Positions 38,486 through 50,427 of a DNA stretch of 64,000 bases are shown piece by piece (position 1 is the first letter of the stretch; every line of letters begins with the position of its first letter). The notes under the pieces were generated by a model. The model made no database searches. It saw only the letters and a program-made list of their open reading frames with translations, and was not told the DNA's origin. Both the position numbers and the translations under genes were made by a program. Source of the DNA: Mobula hypostoma (Eukaryota); assembly GCF_963921235.1 (NCBI RefSeq), contig NC_086101.1, positions 140,740,001 to 140,804,000 on the forward strand, written 5' to 3'.

Positions 38486-38929
38486 GATGAAAACTGACAT
38501 GTTTTATTTATATGTAAACATGTATATTTATATGTAATAAATGTATCTATTTCTCCTTTTCCACACCTCATCTGCATTGTTCCTGCACCCCTCTTCAATC
38601 AATGACCCTTCTTCCCCTATCCAAGTCCTTGTCAACCTCCACTGCAGATAACTCAAAACAAAGCAGTCATTTGACCTGTGTCAAGTACATTCTGAGGTTC
38701 TCAAACAGAATTTGATACAAAATTTAACTTTGGACTAAAATTTTAATTTATGTTATGAAGCTTTCTCTCTTAGCCAAAATGACTCCTGTTATTTCCTAAC
38801 ACAAGAACAGGTTATGAGAGCTGAACTAAAAGATAAAGCCACTTAACAACATAATACGTTCAATCTTAAGTGCTTTAGAGAGCTTGTCACACCACTAAGC
38901 CAAAATTCTTCTACAGAAAGACAAAAAGA

Positions 38930-39105
38930 TGAGAGGTTCTGCAGATGCTGTAAATCTTGAGCAACAGGCACAAAATGTTGGAGGAACTCAGCAAGTCAGT
39001 CAGCATCTATGGAGCGAATAAATAGTTGACATTTTGGGTTAAGATCCTTCATCAGGACTAGAAAGATAGGGGCAAAAGACAATATAAGGTGGTGGGGAGG
39101 GGATG
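38930..39105 (-). repeat. Penelope pLTR with mutated hammerhead (39023-39060)
   Basis: Minus strand TAGTC-CTGATGA-AGGATCTTAACCC-AAAA-TGTC-AACTA (GAAA to AAAA). Confidence 0.7.
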
Positions 39106-39559
39106 GGGTGTCAGACATACTTTTGGACAGAAAGTGCAGTTTACAAGACCATGGTCTCCAGTGTTTATTAATGAGCTCATTTTGTTTTTACCAAAACCAT
39201 TGGACTAAGACATAACCATTCCCAACAACTGCTTTCCATACTCCAGTATGAGGAAGCACAGTTGTGATTTTACAGAGCAGCACATTCTATAACCACAGGA
39301 CACAGTCTATTGAGAAATGCAGCACCTGACCCACTCTTTTTTGCCTCCTCCCCGCATACTCCGTCTTTTTACACACAATCCCCCTCAGCACTCTCGAAAC
39401 TCCCTCCAACTACAGCCAATCATTCACTTCCCATACACACTTCAGCCCCCTTCCAACACACGCAACCTCCACCCACCTCCCCTCCCCTCATGCACCACCC
39501 CGCCAAACCTCGCAACTTTTAACTGCCCAGCCCTGCCCTCCTTTCCCTACCCTTCCGCC

Positions 39560-40030
39560 TTGACCTGAAGCCGCCCCGGTGCATCCGCTCCCCACCTGCT
39601 GCCCAGTGCTCCAGGTGAGCGCCGTTTGGGTCCACTCTCGGCGCGCGCGCGCGCGCGCACCAGCCGGCAACCCGCGCAAGCACGCGCCGCCCCCTCACAT
39701 GCACGCGCCCAGGGCGAGCGACCGAGAGAGATACACAGAGCTATTGTTGTGTGGTCCAATCCCCACTTGCTTCATCCGGTCAGCTAGTGCACAGAAAGAA
39801 CCCAGCCCTTGGGCAGCCGCACAGCTGATAAAGTGGAAAATGAACACATTTTATGCCGATAACGCAACGCCAGGCATAGACCCTGCAACGGCTGTACTGC
39901 GTCCTCCACCAGCTGCCCGGCCGGGTGCTCCATTTATTTAATAACGTCTACCATTTATGATCCCGCGGGAATATGGACTAATTACAGCACTGAAGAGGTT
40001 TCCCAGCGTATACACCTTCGGACTGCGACA
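39560..40030. promoter_or_regulatory. CpG-island-like promoter with (GC)9 tract
   Basis: Only dense non-repeat CpG cluster in the window. (GC)9 at 39641-39658, GC boxes (CCGCCCC), CCAAT near 39756, ETS-like CATCCGG. Splice-donor-like sites on both strands. Confidence 0.7.
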
Positions 40031-41722
40031 CCAGCCTTTCCCTCCTTAACACAAGACTGCGAATATCAACCCAGAGCTAGTTTATTTGTGGGTGTCTCAG
40101 AATCACATCCTGATTTTAGCAATGAGTTAATCCACTTTTAACCGTCATTACACACTCTGAATGATGATCAACTGATCATATCGTGTATATAAACCATAAA
40201 ATGAGTACGGGTTGGCATCAGTAAACCTATTATAAAATTACCAGCCTATGCAACCATAGTCAGAGCTCCATTTCCCTCAAAGAACGTGCATTTTAAATAG
40301 GTCACAATTCATTTAACTCACGTTTCTTGCTATGTGGCCCGCTTCACTTCTCCGGAATGTTTTTGCTTTGCCTTTGCAACCCTGACTTTAAACTGGAAAG
40401 GAATTCGCATGAACAGCTTACCCCAGAAGTAAGTTTCATTTAGCTGTGAACTGGACAGAGAGATAAAGACCCGCCGCCGCAGTACGGGAATGAAAGTTCC
40501 CAGTTCTGCTGAAGTGGTCCCCCTGGTGGTTGGTGTGGAAATGCAAAGCAGCCGAACTGCAGAATACCTCGACCAGATTATTACACAACATTGGAAGGTG
40601 CCAATTGGAACCATTGAACAACATAATCATTTAGTTCTCATCTCCCCTCCCCTCCCCCCACACACTTCCAGTCAATTGTCCTCTAAAAATCATAAGACCT
40701 ATTTTATTTCCCTTTCCATTTGGTAAACCTTCATTGCATTCCCTCTGTCACAGGTACAGCATTACAAAGACGGGAGGTTTGCATGGATATGTGCCAGATG
40801 TGGACAAATGGAACTAGTTCAGGTAGGCAACTTGGCCAGCATGTTGAGATGGGCTGAAGGGTCTGTTTTCATGCTGTATAACTCCATCTGTGCACAATAG
40901 ACTAGATGCACTCTCACTAGGAAATTCTGCATTCTCTCTATATGTAGCTCCAGGGAGCTATCGTCACCCCTTGAATTCCAATTTTCTTGTAATGTAAGTA
41001 AACATATTGATTCCCTTCCCAATTACTGTACCCGTATGTTAACTTTCCATGACTAATACAAGGGGACAATCACATCCTCTGAACACCATATTTCAATCAG
41101 TGACCATGCAAAACAATTTTAAACTCCACCTTTTTCATTTTTTCTACCAAAGAGGATGATGTCACAATTTTCCATATTGCATTCCATCTGCCACGTTATC
41201 ACCAATCATTTAGCTTCTCAACATCCTTTTAAAATCTCCCTGTATTCACCTCGTATACAATTTATCATCAGGAAAATTTGTATATATGGCAATTACTCCC
41301 CTTCCTCTAAATCATTGACGTAAATTGTGAATCACTGGGGCCTCAGAATCGACCTCTGTGCCACCAACCTACAATCAGAAAAAAACCTTTTTATTGCAAA
41401 TCTCTGTTTCATGTTTATTAATCAGTCTACCTTCCACAATCCTGTATTGCTCTAATCCTAGGACTATAATTTTATTTAATAACCACTTGTATGGTACCTT
41501 ATTGAAGGTTGCCTGAAGATCCAATTCCTTTGTGAGTTAAAACGACAAAAATGCTAATAGATTTATCAAACATGGTTTTCATAAATCCACATTGATTGCC
41601 TGATCCTCCTATAATTTTCTAACTGCCTTAATACTATGTCCTTAATTATAGATTTTAGCATTCTGCTAATTAGGAATTGATAAGTTTCTTTATCCAAAGT
41701 TCGGAGTAAATTTATTATCAAA

Positions 41723-43222
41723 GATGAAAGTGCAAAGGGACTTGGGAGTCCTCATGCAGGATTCCCTCCCTAAAGGTTAATTTGTAGGTGAGTCAGAGGT
41801 GCAGAAAGCAAATGTGATGTTAGCATTTATTTCAAGAGGACTAGAATATAAAGGTAAGGATGTAATGTTCAGGACTTATAAGACACCGGTGAGGCCTCAC
41901 TTGGAGTATTGTGAGCAGGTTTGGGTTCCTTATATAAGAAAGGATGTGCTGACATTGGAGAGGGTTCAAAGGCGGTTCATGAAAATGATTTTGGGATTGA
42001 AAACTTTTCATATGATGAGCATTTGATGACTTTGGGCCAGTACGCATTGAAATTCAAAAGAATGAGGGGTGATCTCATTGAAACCTCCCGAATGTTGAAA
42101 GGCCTCGGTAGAGTGGATGTGGAGATGACGCCACTGAGCAATGATTCCTTGGGCAACATCTTCCAGATAGTCTACGAAACTGTTTATTTTACTTCTTGTA
42201 AATCTTTTTATCTGAAATGTGTTTCTGGGACTGTTAGAACCTGCAATTTACCATATGGAGACTGATTGAGTGATCTTGTACTCTGCTCTCTCTGAGAACA
42301 TTCCAGGAGGTGAGTGCAGGCAGCCTTATGGTAAAGTTTAGAGACAGGATGCGAACCCATGTTTGACTCCATTTCACTGATTAAAGAGTCCATTAATTAC
42401 TAATTAAAGCATCGAGGAAGATTGGAACATTGAGGCAAATGCGGAAGGTGAACAAGTGTTCAGCGCTGATTACCTACCTCTCACTGCTGCTGGATAAGGT
42501 GTCTATCACTTATTGTTGCTGGATAAGGTGCTTGTGGGTGATGGCCTATCACTCGGTGCTGCCGGTTAAGAATTCTGTACGTAACAGCCTGTCTCCTCCG
42601 CGCTCAAGTGTTCTCTCTCCAGGCCGTCGGATGGTGTTACCGAAGTTCTGCGGTTTATGGATTGGACTGGACTCTTTTCCATTTTATGTCTTTTATATTC
42701 TGTGTTTTCACCTGTTTTTTTCTTGTTGCTGTCTGAGTGATTTAATTTTGGCACAATTTGTAAGTTTTTCTGTGGTGGGGGTTGAAGTCTTTTGTGAACA
42801 ATTTCTATGGTTTTATTTGTTTCGTAGCTACCTGGAGAAGACAAATCTCAGAGGTGCATACTGCATACATACTTTGATAATAAATAGACCTTTGAACCTT
42901 GGATGTTTCCTGTGGTGGGGGAATCTAAGACCGGAGGACACAGCCTCAGAATAGAGGGGCATCCTTTTTGAACAGAGATGAGGAGGAATTTCTTTAGGCA
43001 GAAAGTGGTGTATCTGTGGAATTTGTTGCCACAAGCGGCATTGGAGGCCAATTCATTGGATATATTTAAGGCAGAGGTTGTTAGATTCTTGATTAGTCAG
43101 GGCATGAAGGGATATGAGGAGAAGGCAGGAGATTGGGGCTGAGAGGGAAATGGATTAGCCATGATGAAATGGCGAAGCAGACTCGATGGAACAAATGGCC
43201 TAATTCTGCTCCTATATCTTAT
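41723..43222 (+). mobile_element. CR1 3' part interrupted at 42122-42900
   Basis: ORF 41799..42026 (MLAFISRGLEYK, VRPHLEYC). 'GRVDVE' continues as 'MFPVVGESKT' after 42900. Confidence 0.85.
42122..42900 (+). mobile_element. Non-autonomous element with degenerate YY1 head and Rex1-type tail
   Basis: Begins GAGATGACGCC (from AAGATGGCGCC) and ends ACTTTGATAATAAATAGACCTTTGAACCTT, exactly splitting a CR1. Confidence 0.6.
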
Positions 43223-45346
43223 GGAGGTATTGCAAGAGAGAACAATACCAGAATTTAAATAAAGTGCTACACTTACAGAGAAAATGCAATGTAGGGAGAC
43301 AATAATGTGCAAGGTTATAACAAGGTATATTGTGAGATCAAAAGTTCATCTTATTATACTAGGTACCCTTTCAATCATTTTACAGCAGCAGGATAGACAC
43401 TGTTCTTGAGCCTTGTGATAAATGCTTTCAGACTTGTTTTTCTCTCCATCTTTTCTTAATTAGGAGTCACACTTGCCACCTTCCAACATGTGGGAAACGC
43501 TGCATAATTTGTAATATTTTTGGAAGTTGATAACCACCTCTATCCAAAACCTTGTAAAACCCCTGGGATGTATGTCATCGGGCGCTGGGGTTTATCACAT
43601 TCCAGTCTCATTAATCTCTCCAGTTTTTGTTTTGATAATGCTAATTTCATTCAACTCAGCATTTACGCTAGAGCTGTGACAAGAGATTAAACAAACTAGG
43701 CTTATTCCATTTGAGTTAAGTTGGTCTCACTAAAATGAACAAAATTTCTGATGGAGCTTGGCAGGATAGTTGTTACATTTCTTAGCTTTATCCAGTCTGA
43801 TTCAACTTCTTGACTTTCTTACATATAACAAACACGTTTATGATATGGTTAAGGTACACATTTCTGTCTGTTTTGCCTCTTTGTTTATTATTACAACCAT
43901 CCCTTCTTTTCTTGCATTTTGATTACCTCTTTTAAAAATTGAATATCCTGGAACATTTAACTCTCAACCTTGGCTATTTTGCAAACATGTTTCCCTAACA
44001 TGCTGTGTGTATTCAGGTAACTGGTTTACATATAGTGCCATTCTCTGCTCTTTCCTCAAATTCCAGCAATATTTCTTCTATTATTCAATTCCATTCTGAA
44101 GCCTGCCAATAAATCTTTTCATATCTATTTCAGGCAGTATGTTCTAGCTTTGCCTCACTCGTTACTTGAAAGTCCTGTTCCCCTGACTCTTTTACCAGCC
44201 AGCTTAAACACAGGAGTTTGGATTCCGAAGGAAACCTTTATTGATCTTGCTAAAGAAATTGGAATAAAAACTTGTTTATTAGCACAAAATAATTATTCTA
44301 GTGGTGTCTAATTGTTTAATTGCAAATAACACATTTTAAAGTAACTGAAAATGGCTTTCTAGAGTATAAACTGCAGTGAACCATTTAAATGTTTAATCAG
44401 TTTGCATTAGTAAGTTTCTTGGTAAATCAGCTTCTTATTGATGTGAAACAAATTCTAAAGCATGTGGCCAATTACCCATTGTATCTGTATGATGCTAGGC
44501 ATGATTTGCAGATCCTACCCTGAAGTTTTGCAATTGGCAGGATCTTGCACTGGGGGAGATGCCAGATGAGTGAGTCTGAGTGAATTTGGCTGTTATTCAC
44601 TCATGCTTAAACCTTCCACAGTTGTTGGCATTGATTTTAATTCTCCCACCCACATTATGCCTACATCAGAGGTAGAGAAGAGTGGAAACTCTACTCCCCA
44701 TGGCTTATCTCCATTAAGCTGATAATTGTGTTGGAAAACACTAAAAGCATCTATTTGTTTAAATGACTTTCACTATTTCAGACTGCAAAGGATTAGGGCA
44801 CCTAGTCAGTGATATAAGCTTGCCTATAGTTCATAGAAATGGAATTCCGAACCTGATAATGATTGGGGAGCAGTCTGATGTCTGCTTTTCACTGTCCCAG
44901 CTTCAAGAACTGTTGTCAAATATTGCCATAGCTGCTCTATACCTCGTTTTTCCAAAGTAGTTTACAAAATGTAAAAATGGAAGAAAAGCGGGCAGACTAG
45001 AATATTACAGCTGGCTTTTGCTTGCATAATTATCAAAGAAATGGAGGAATCTGCATTGACTAAAGTCAGACACAGCGATGCTTCATGCTTCATAGAGACA
45101 AATGGTTTTATAAATACATTTCTTAGTAGTTTTAAAATTTCAATGGGTTCAGAATATCCTATGAGCACAGGATAGCTTGGCTTGATGTTCTTTACAAAAA
45201 ATATTGAATACACAAAATAACTGAAGTAATGATCTTTGAACGAGAGGCAACAGCTAAAGAATAAAAATCTTCTCTCGATTACTGCGAAGATTAGTGAGGA
45301 GATCTGATAGGGTCTTTCAAGTTATGAAGAGGTTTGATAAGGGTTG

Positions 45347-45392
45347 AACTCTGCCATGGACAGTCCCAAGCCTAGCTGCGAAAGGCAGAGGG
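45347..45392 (+). ncRNA. Decayed twister ribozyme (type P1, 3' cleavage product)
   Basis: AACUCUGCC-AUGG-ACA-GUCCCAAGCC-UAG-CUGCGAAA-GGCA-GAGGG. L4 GUCCCAAGCC and GAGGG match the twister consensus, while P2 and P4 are disrupted. Confidence 0.7.
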
Positions 45393-45610
45393 TTGGACAT
45401 GGGGCTAGCAACCCCATCCCGTAGAAGCCCAGATCTACAGAATCTCCAAAGACCTCATCCTTGGGAGAGGAAGGCTCTTTGCCTAGAAGGTTTAAGATGG
45501 ACTACACCTGGGGACAACTTGAAAGACTGGCCCAGGACAGAGGCCTCTGGTGTGATGCTGATGGCAGCCTATGCCCCTATAGTGGTGATGGGCTTATGTA
45601 AAAGTAAGTT
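45347..45610 (+). mobile_element. Short non-autonomous RTE-derived element (5'UTR fused to 3' end) inserted in a CR1 remnant
   Basis: RTE-type 5' GGGTTGG...GGGGCTAGCAACCCC. 3' coding remnant TWGQLERLAQDRGLW, (AAGT)n tail, and a degenerate flanking duplication (TTGATAAGGGTTGA / TTGTTAGGATAGA). Confidence 0.75.
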
Positions 45611-45959
45611 GTTAGGATAGATACAAGAAGATGTTTCCTGTTTTGGTTACGACTAAAACCAGGGACCATAAGTATATATCCAGTGGCCACTTTATTAGGT
45701 ACAGGAGGTACTGAGTGTACAAAAGTCACTAATACTGTAAATGTATTAAAGTGTATAATTTTATCGAGAAAATGGTGGGAGTACGGAACCCACTCCTTGA
45801 GGGATTTGTGTAGTATGAAAGAAATGGATTTAAGGGGAGTTGCCTTAACACATGAGAGAGAAAGAGCTAGAAACAATGTTAGGAAATGAAGCAGTCCATG
45901 CCTACAAGCAGCAAGACTCGGACAACATTCAGGTATGTGTTTATAAGTGGTAATGGATA

Positions 45960-46346
45960 TTCATCATTATCATCAATAATATGTACCATGTCCAATGACG
46001 TGGGCAATCGTGGTCTTTGTGACCCTGGTTGTTCCCGGAAAATTTTTCTGCAGCAGTGGTTTGCCATTGCCTTCTTCTGGGCAGTGTTTTTACAAGACAG
46101 GTGACCTCAGCCATTATCAATACTCTTCAGAGATTGTCTGTCTGGTGGCAGTGGTCGCGTCACTAGAAATTGTGAATGCACCAGCTATTCACACGACCAT
46201 CCATTAACTGCTCCCACAACTTCACATGGCCCTGATAGGGGGCTTAGCAGTTATTACACCTTGCCCAAGGGTGGCCTGTAGGCTAGTGGAGGGAATGAGC
46301 GCCTAACACTGTCCTTGGTAGAGATGTATCTCCACCCCACCACCCA
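45960..46346 (-). mobile_element. RTE-related SINE-like element with (GAT)n tail
   Basis: Minus strand GAAGGCAATGGCAAACCACT (BovB/RTE-type 5'UTR motif), structured G-rich head and TGATAATGATGA tail. Confidence 0.6.
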
Positions 46347-46388
46347 AATGGACATTAGTACTACAAAAATGCCATGAGCTGACCATCT

Positions 46389-47410
46389 GCCTGAATGGTG
46401 AAGGTCGTTCATGATGGATGCCACCTTCTTGGGACATTATCTTTTGAATATGTCCTCACGGGTCGGGGGGGGGGGTGGCTAGTGCCCATAATGGAGATGG
46501 CTGAAACTACAACACTTAAAGAGTCTGTAAAGAGTTGTAGATTTCACCAGCTTTGTCATGAGCACAACCTCTTCCACCATTGAGACATCTGCAAGAGGTG
46601 GGGCCCATCACTAAGCCCTACACTGTTCAAATATGCCCTCTTCTCATTACCACCATTGGGATGAGGTACAGCAGCATAGAGACCTAGACTCAATGATTCA
46701 GAAATAGCTTCTTCTCCTTCACCATCAGATTCCTGAATGGTCTGTGAACTCGACCTAGTTATTCCTTTTTATGCACAGTTTACGTATTTTTGTAATCTGA
46801 AGTAATTTTATGTCTTTGCACTGAAACGCAACAGCAAAACAACAATTTTCATGTCATGATAATATATCTGAATCTGATTTTGATTCTGAAATTTGCTTCT
46901 GATTTCCAATAAGAATCAGAATCATCTTTATTATCACTGATACACAGTAAATTGCGAAATTTGTTGTTTTGCGGCTGGAGTACAGTGCAGTACATAAAAA
47001 ATTACGGGGTAAGTTACAATGAGAATATATAAAAATAAATAAACATGAGGATAGTGAGGTAGTGTTTATGGGGTCATAGACTTCAGAAAGCTGGTGGTAG
47101 AGCAGGAGAAGCTGTTGCTAAAACATTGAGAGTGTATCTTCAGGCTCCTGTATCTTTTCTGTGATGGTCATAATGAGAAGAGGGCATTGCCTGAATGATG
47201 AAGGTCCTTCCTGATGGATGCCACCTTCTTGGGACATTATCTTTTTAGTACCTCATGGGTGGGGAGGGGGGCTAGTGCCCATAATGGAGCTGGCTGAGAC
47301 TACAACACTTAGCAGCTTTTTCTGAATATATGCATTGGCTCCTCCATGGTGCAACATGTCAGAATGCTCTCAATGGTAATCTGTAGAAATTTACTAGAGC
47401 CTTTGGTGAT
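46389..47410. mobile_element. Cluster of Rex1/Babar-type 3' fragments in both orientations
   Basis: (TCTGAT)n tails at ~46865-46890 (+) and ~46912-46925 (-), plus 'TQxFRNSFF' and 'ASIxKDLHH' remnants. Confidence 0.7.
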
Positions 47411-48799
47411 GTACAAAAGAAAAGAGTGTGATCACCTCCCCTTAACATTTATTGACACCAACATCTCAAGGTAAGCTAAATTAATGTCTTGAGTCACATC
47501 TGACCTGGAACTGAAGTGGTGCAGTCACATAAATACTGTGCTTACAAGAGCAGGCCCATCACTGATGCCCACTGATTGTAATGAATACACATCCCAAACC
47601 CACAATCTTCCTAATCCCCCAAGAAGGACATGTGCTTGGGAACACCATTACTCTAGGTTCTGTTGCAAGTCATACACCATCCTGATTTGGAAATGTGGTC
47701 TTCGTTATCACAGGGTCTATGTCCTGAAAGTCCCTACCCAAAAGCTCAGTGTAAGAACCTTCACCAAAAAGATGCTGCTGTTCATGACAACAGCTCACCC
47801 CCGGTCTCCTCAAGGGTTGTTAGGGTCAAGCTTTGGTTCTGTTGGCCAAATCTAAAAACAAACAACAGATTAATTAGAAAAAGACAGGAAAAATTGTGAA
47901 GGATGGTAACAGGTTTGTATTTAGAAACACTATCTTACTATCTGATCTTACTGAGATGCATCCCTGTTCTACACTTACTCTTTAAGTGCTGAGAGTAAAG
48001 GATTGCATAAAAGCTGTGATGTTTAGGAAATCTTTTGCACATGTTGAAGCTGTTAATTCTATAATGAAGCCATCTTGTTAATGGTGGCACTGAACACTGA
48101 GGTTTGATGGTATGATGAACACAAAGATGAACTCAACCTTTATGTTCATTATATCATCTAATCTCAACACTCACTAAAGGTTATAATGCTCATTCCTCAA
48201 TGCTTTAAATAATCTGAAACAACCGAGATATTAATCAGCTGGACCTGCCAAGTAAACTGACTACCTAATTATGCAAACATACTCTATAAGATTGTAAACT
48301 GGTAATTAATGTTCAAGAGGTGAATAATTCACTTACTATTTAATGACATTTTTTCAGTTGGTGTTTCGCTATATATTAATGTGCAGAAGAATTTTTTTGA
48401 ACATGCTAAAACATTGTTTAAACTGAAGTCTTAGAATGAGAAAGAACTTCATCACATTGAACAGTAAGGCAGAGTACCTTTACACCAGCTGCTCTGTCCT
48501 CTGGCAGGTCCCCATCTTTCCCAAAACAGATCCCAGTGATCTAAAAAACTGAAACCTTGCCCCCTGCACCAACTCTTCAGCCACACATTCATCTACCATA
48601 CCACACTCTTTCTACCCTCACTGGCACAAGGAATGTAGGCAGCAATACAGAGATCTTATATATATATAGGCTCATATGCCTTGCAGGTTGTCAGGTTGTG
48701 AATAGAATGCCTCAGGGATTCCCAGCTCTTCCCAATCTATATGAAAGGTTTTGATGAGAGGACCAAGTATCATTTCTCCAAGTTTTATTGTAGTAACTA

Positions 48800-49550
48800 T
48801 ATTCCTAGCTCCTAACTTCCAAACTCTCCCTGTATTTGCTCTTCAGGATCTCATCCCTTTTTCTAGCTACCATGATTTCCAGCTATTCACCATCCTCCTG
48901 AGACATCCCTGACCCAGGTACCTGGGAGTCAACTTACCATCTGGGAATCTCTTTTATCTCCACAGAATCTCATTTTGGTTCCCCTAGTGATTGATTCCCT
49001 TGGGCTACCACACTCTTCTCCCCACTTCCTTCTGAAACTCAGTGCCAGATTTCCCCTGGTATGTTGCCCCCCCAAAACAGTATTCAAAGCTACATTCATG
49101 CTTTTGAAGGGAATAGCCACAGGGATCCCATACACTGACGGCCTATTCCTTTACCTTTTCTGACAGTCACCCAGCTACCTGCCTCTCACACCTTAGGTGT
49201 GACTACCTCCCTGTAACTCCTGTCTCCTCAGTCCTCATTCTCCTGAATAACCCACAATTTATCCAGATCCAGCTCCATTTTCCCAACACAGACTGCAAGA
49301 AACTGAAGTAAGCAGAGACACTGGATTTTCTCTGACTTCTCACATTATGAAAGAGGAGCACACCACTTCCCTAGGTTCCACTCCCACTGCTCTCCCTGTA
49401 CAATGATAAAGAAAGAAATACAACTTAACAAAACATTATCTTAGCTGTCACCTCTTTTTGCCAAAGCCTCTTGACCCAAAGTCTCAGTTCCCCTCTCTAA
49501 CACTGTCCACTCAAGCAATGGCTGTTCTGCTTTGCCTAATTTCTTTTGAT
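48800..49550 (-). mobile_element. CR1 5'UTR/ORF1 fragment
   Basis: Minus strand 'ESITRGTKMRFCGDKRDSQMVS*LPGTWVRDVS' esterase block and 'LETPK...GSWVTVRKG'-type remnant. Confidence 0.7.
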
Positions 49551-49689
49551 TCTTTATATTTTATTACAATATATATTTTCTCAGAACCAACTGGGGGCAC
49601 TTAATTGTACCAGTTAGCTTTTACCATTCCCTTCCAGTTTTTGCCTAGGGAAGTTTTCATCCTCCCCCTATCTCCATCTTGCTTTTATC

Positions 49690-50205
49690 AGAGTTTGGAA
49701 TAGTGTGTGCACTTTGTGAATCTTGTGTTGGTGTGCAAACAGCATGGCCTGCTTATCAGAGCCAGCAAAGTGCAATTAGAGCCTGAATGCTGAGGATGTT
49801 GCTCTGGAAGAGACTGCTGATATTGATTCACTGATCCTGGCAGAGGTTCTGCAATATTCCACGGAGACGTCATTGTTGGTCTCGCTCCAATACTCTGAAA
49901 GTAACAGGTATTCTGTGTCCCACCAGCGTACAGGAGGACAGTGTTCACTGCTGCCAAGCTTTGTGGCCTTCATTTTCAAACAGTTTTCTTCAGCAGCAAC
50001 TGAAGGATGTGCTGCATGCAGAAGGCAATGGTTATTTTCATCAACAAAGCCAGCCTTTGCTGAGGGATATCTCAAGAGATATTGAAAGTGGAGCACAATT
50101 TTCAGGTTTTTGACATGGATCTCTGTTATTGAATGGCAGTGTTTCACCTTATGGTCAGGTTGGTAGAGAACTTTAGTACCATGGGCATTAAGTGTAAGGC
50201 TCATA
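49690..50205 (-). mobile_element. Old RTE LINE RT fragment
   Basis: ORF 49776..50204 'LTLNAHGTKVLYQP...HFQYL...SAKAGFVDENNHCL'. Confidence 0.7.
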
Positions 50206-50347
50206 TGCTTTTCAGGTTGACAGGCTGGGAATGGGGTGCCTCAGGGATTGATGCTTGGATGCCAGCTATTCACAAACTATATCAATGGTTTTGATGAGGG
50301 GACCAAGTATCATTTCTCTAAGTTTTATTGGAGTAATACACTTTGAT

Positions 50348-50427
50348 CAGGGGTTCTCGACCTGAGGTCCATGAACCACTAGGTTAATGGTAGGGGTCTA
50401 TGGCATAAAAAAGGTTAGGAACCCCTG
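50348..50427. mobile_element. hAT (Charlie-type) MITE, 80 bp
   Basis: TIRs CAGGGGTTC...GAACCCCTG, inserted in a CR1 remnant. The 8-bp flanks match only 5/8. Confidence 0.7.

Noticed and set aside
39488-39941. Arg/Ala-rich ORFs across the CpG island
   Set aside because: They are produced by the (GC)n tract and low stop density, with no recognisable domain.
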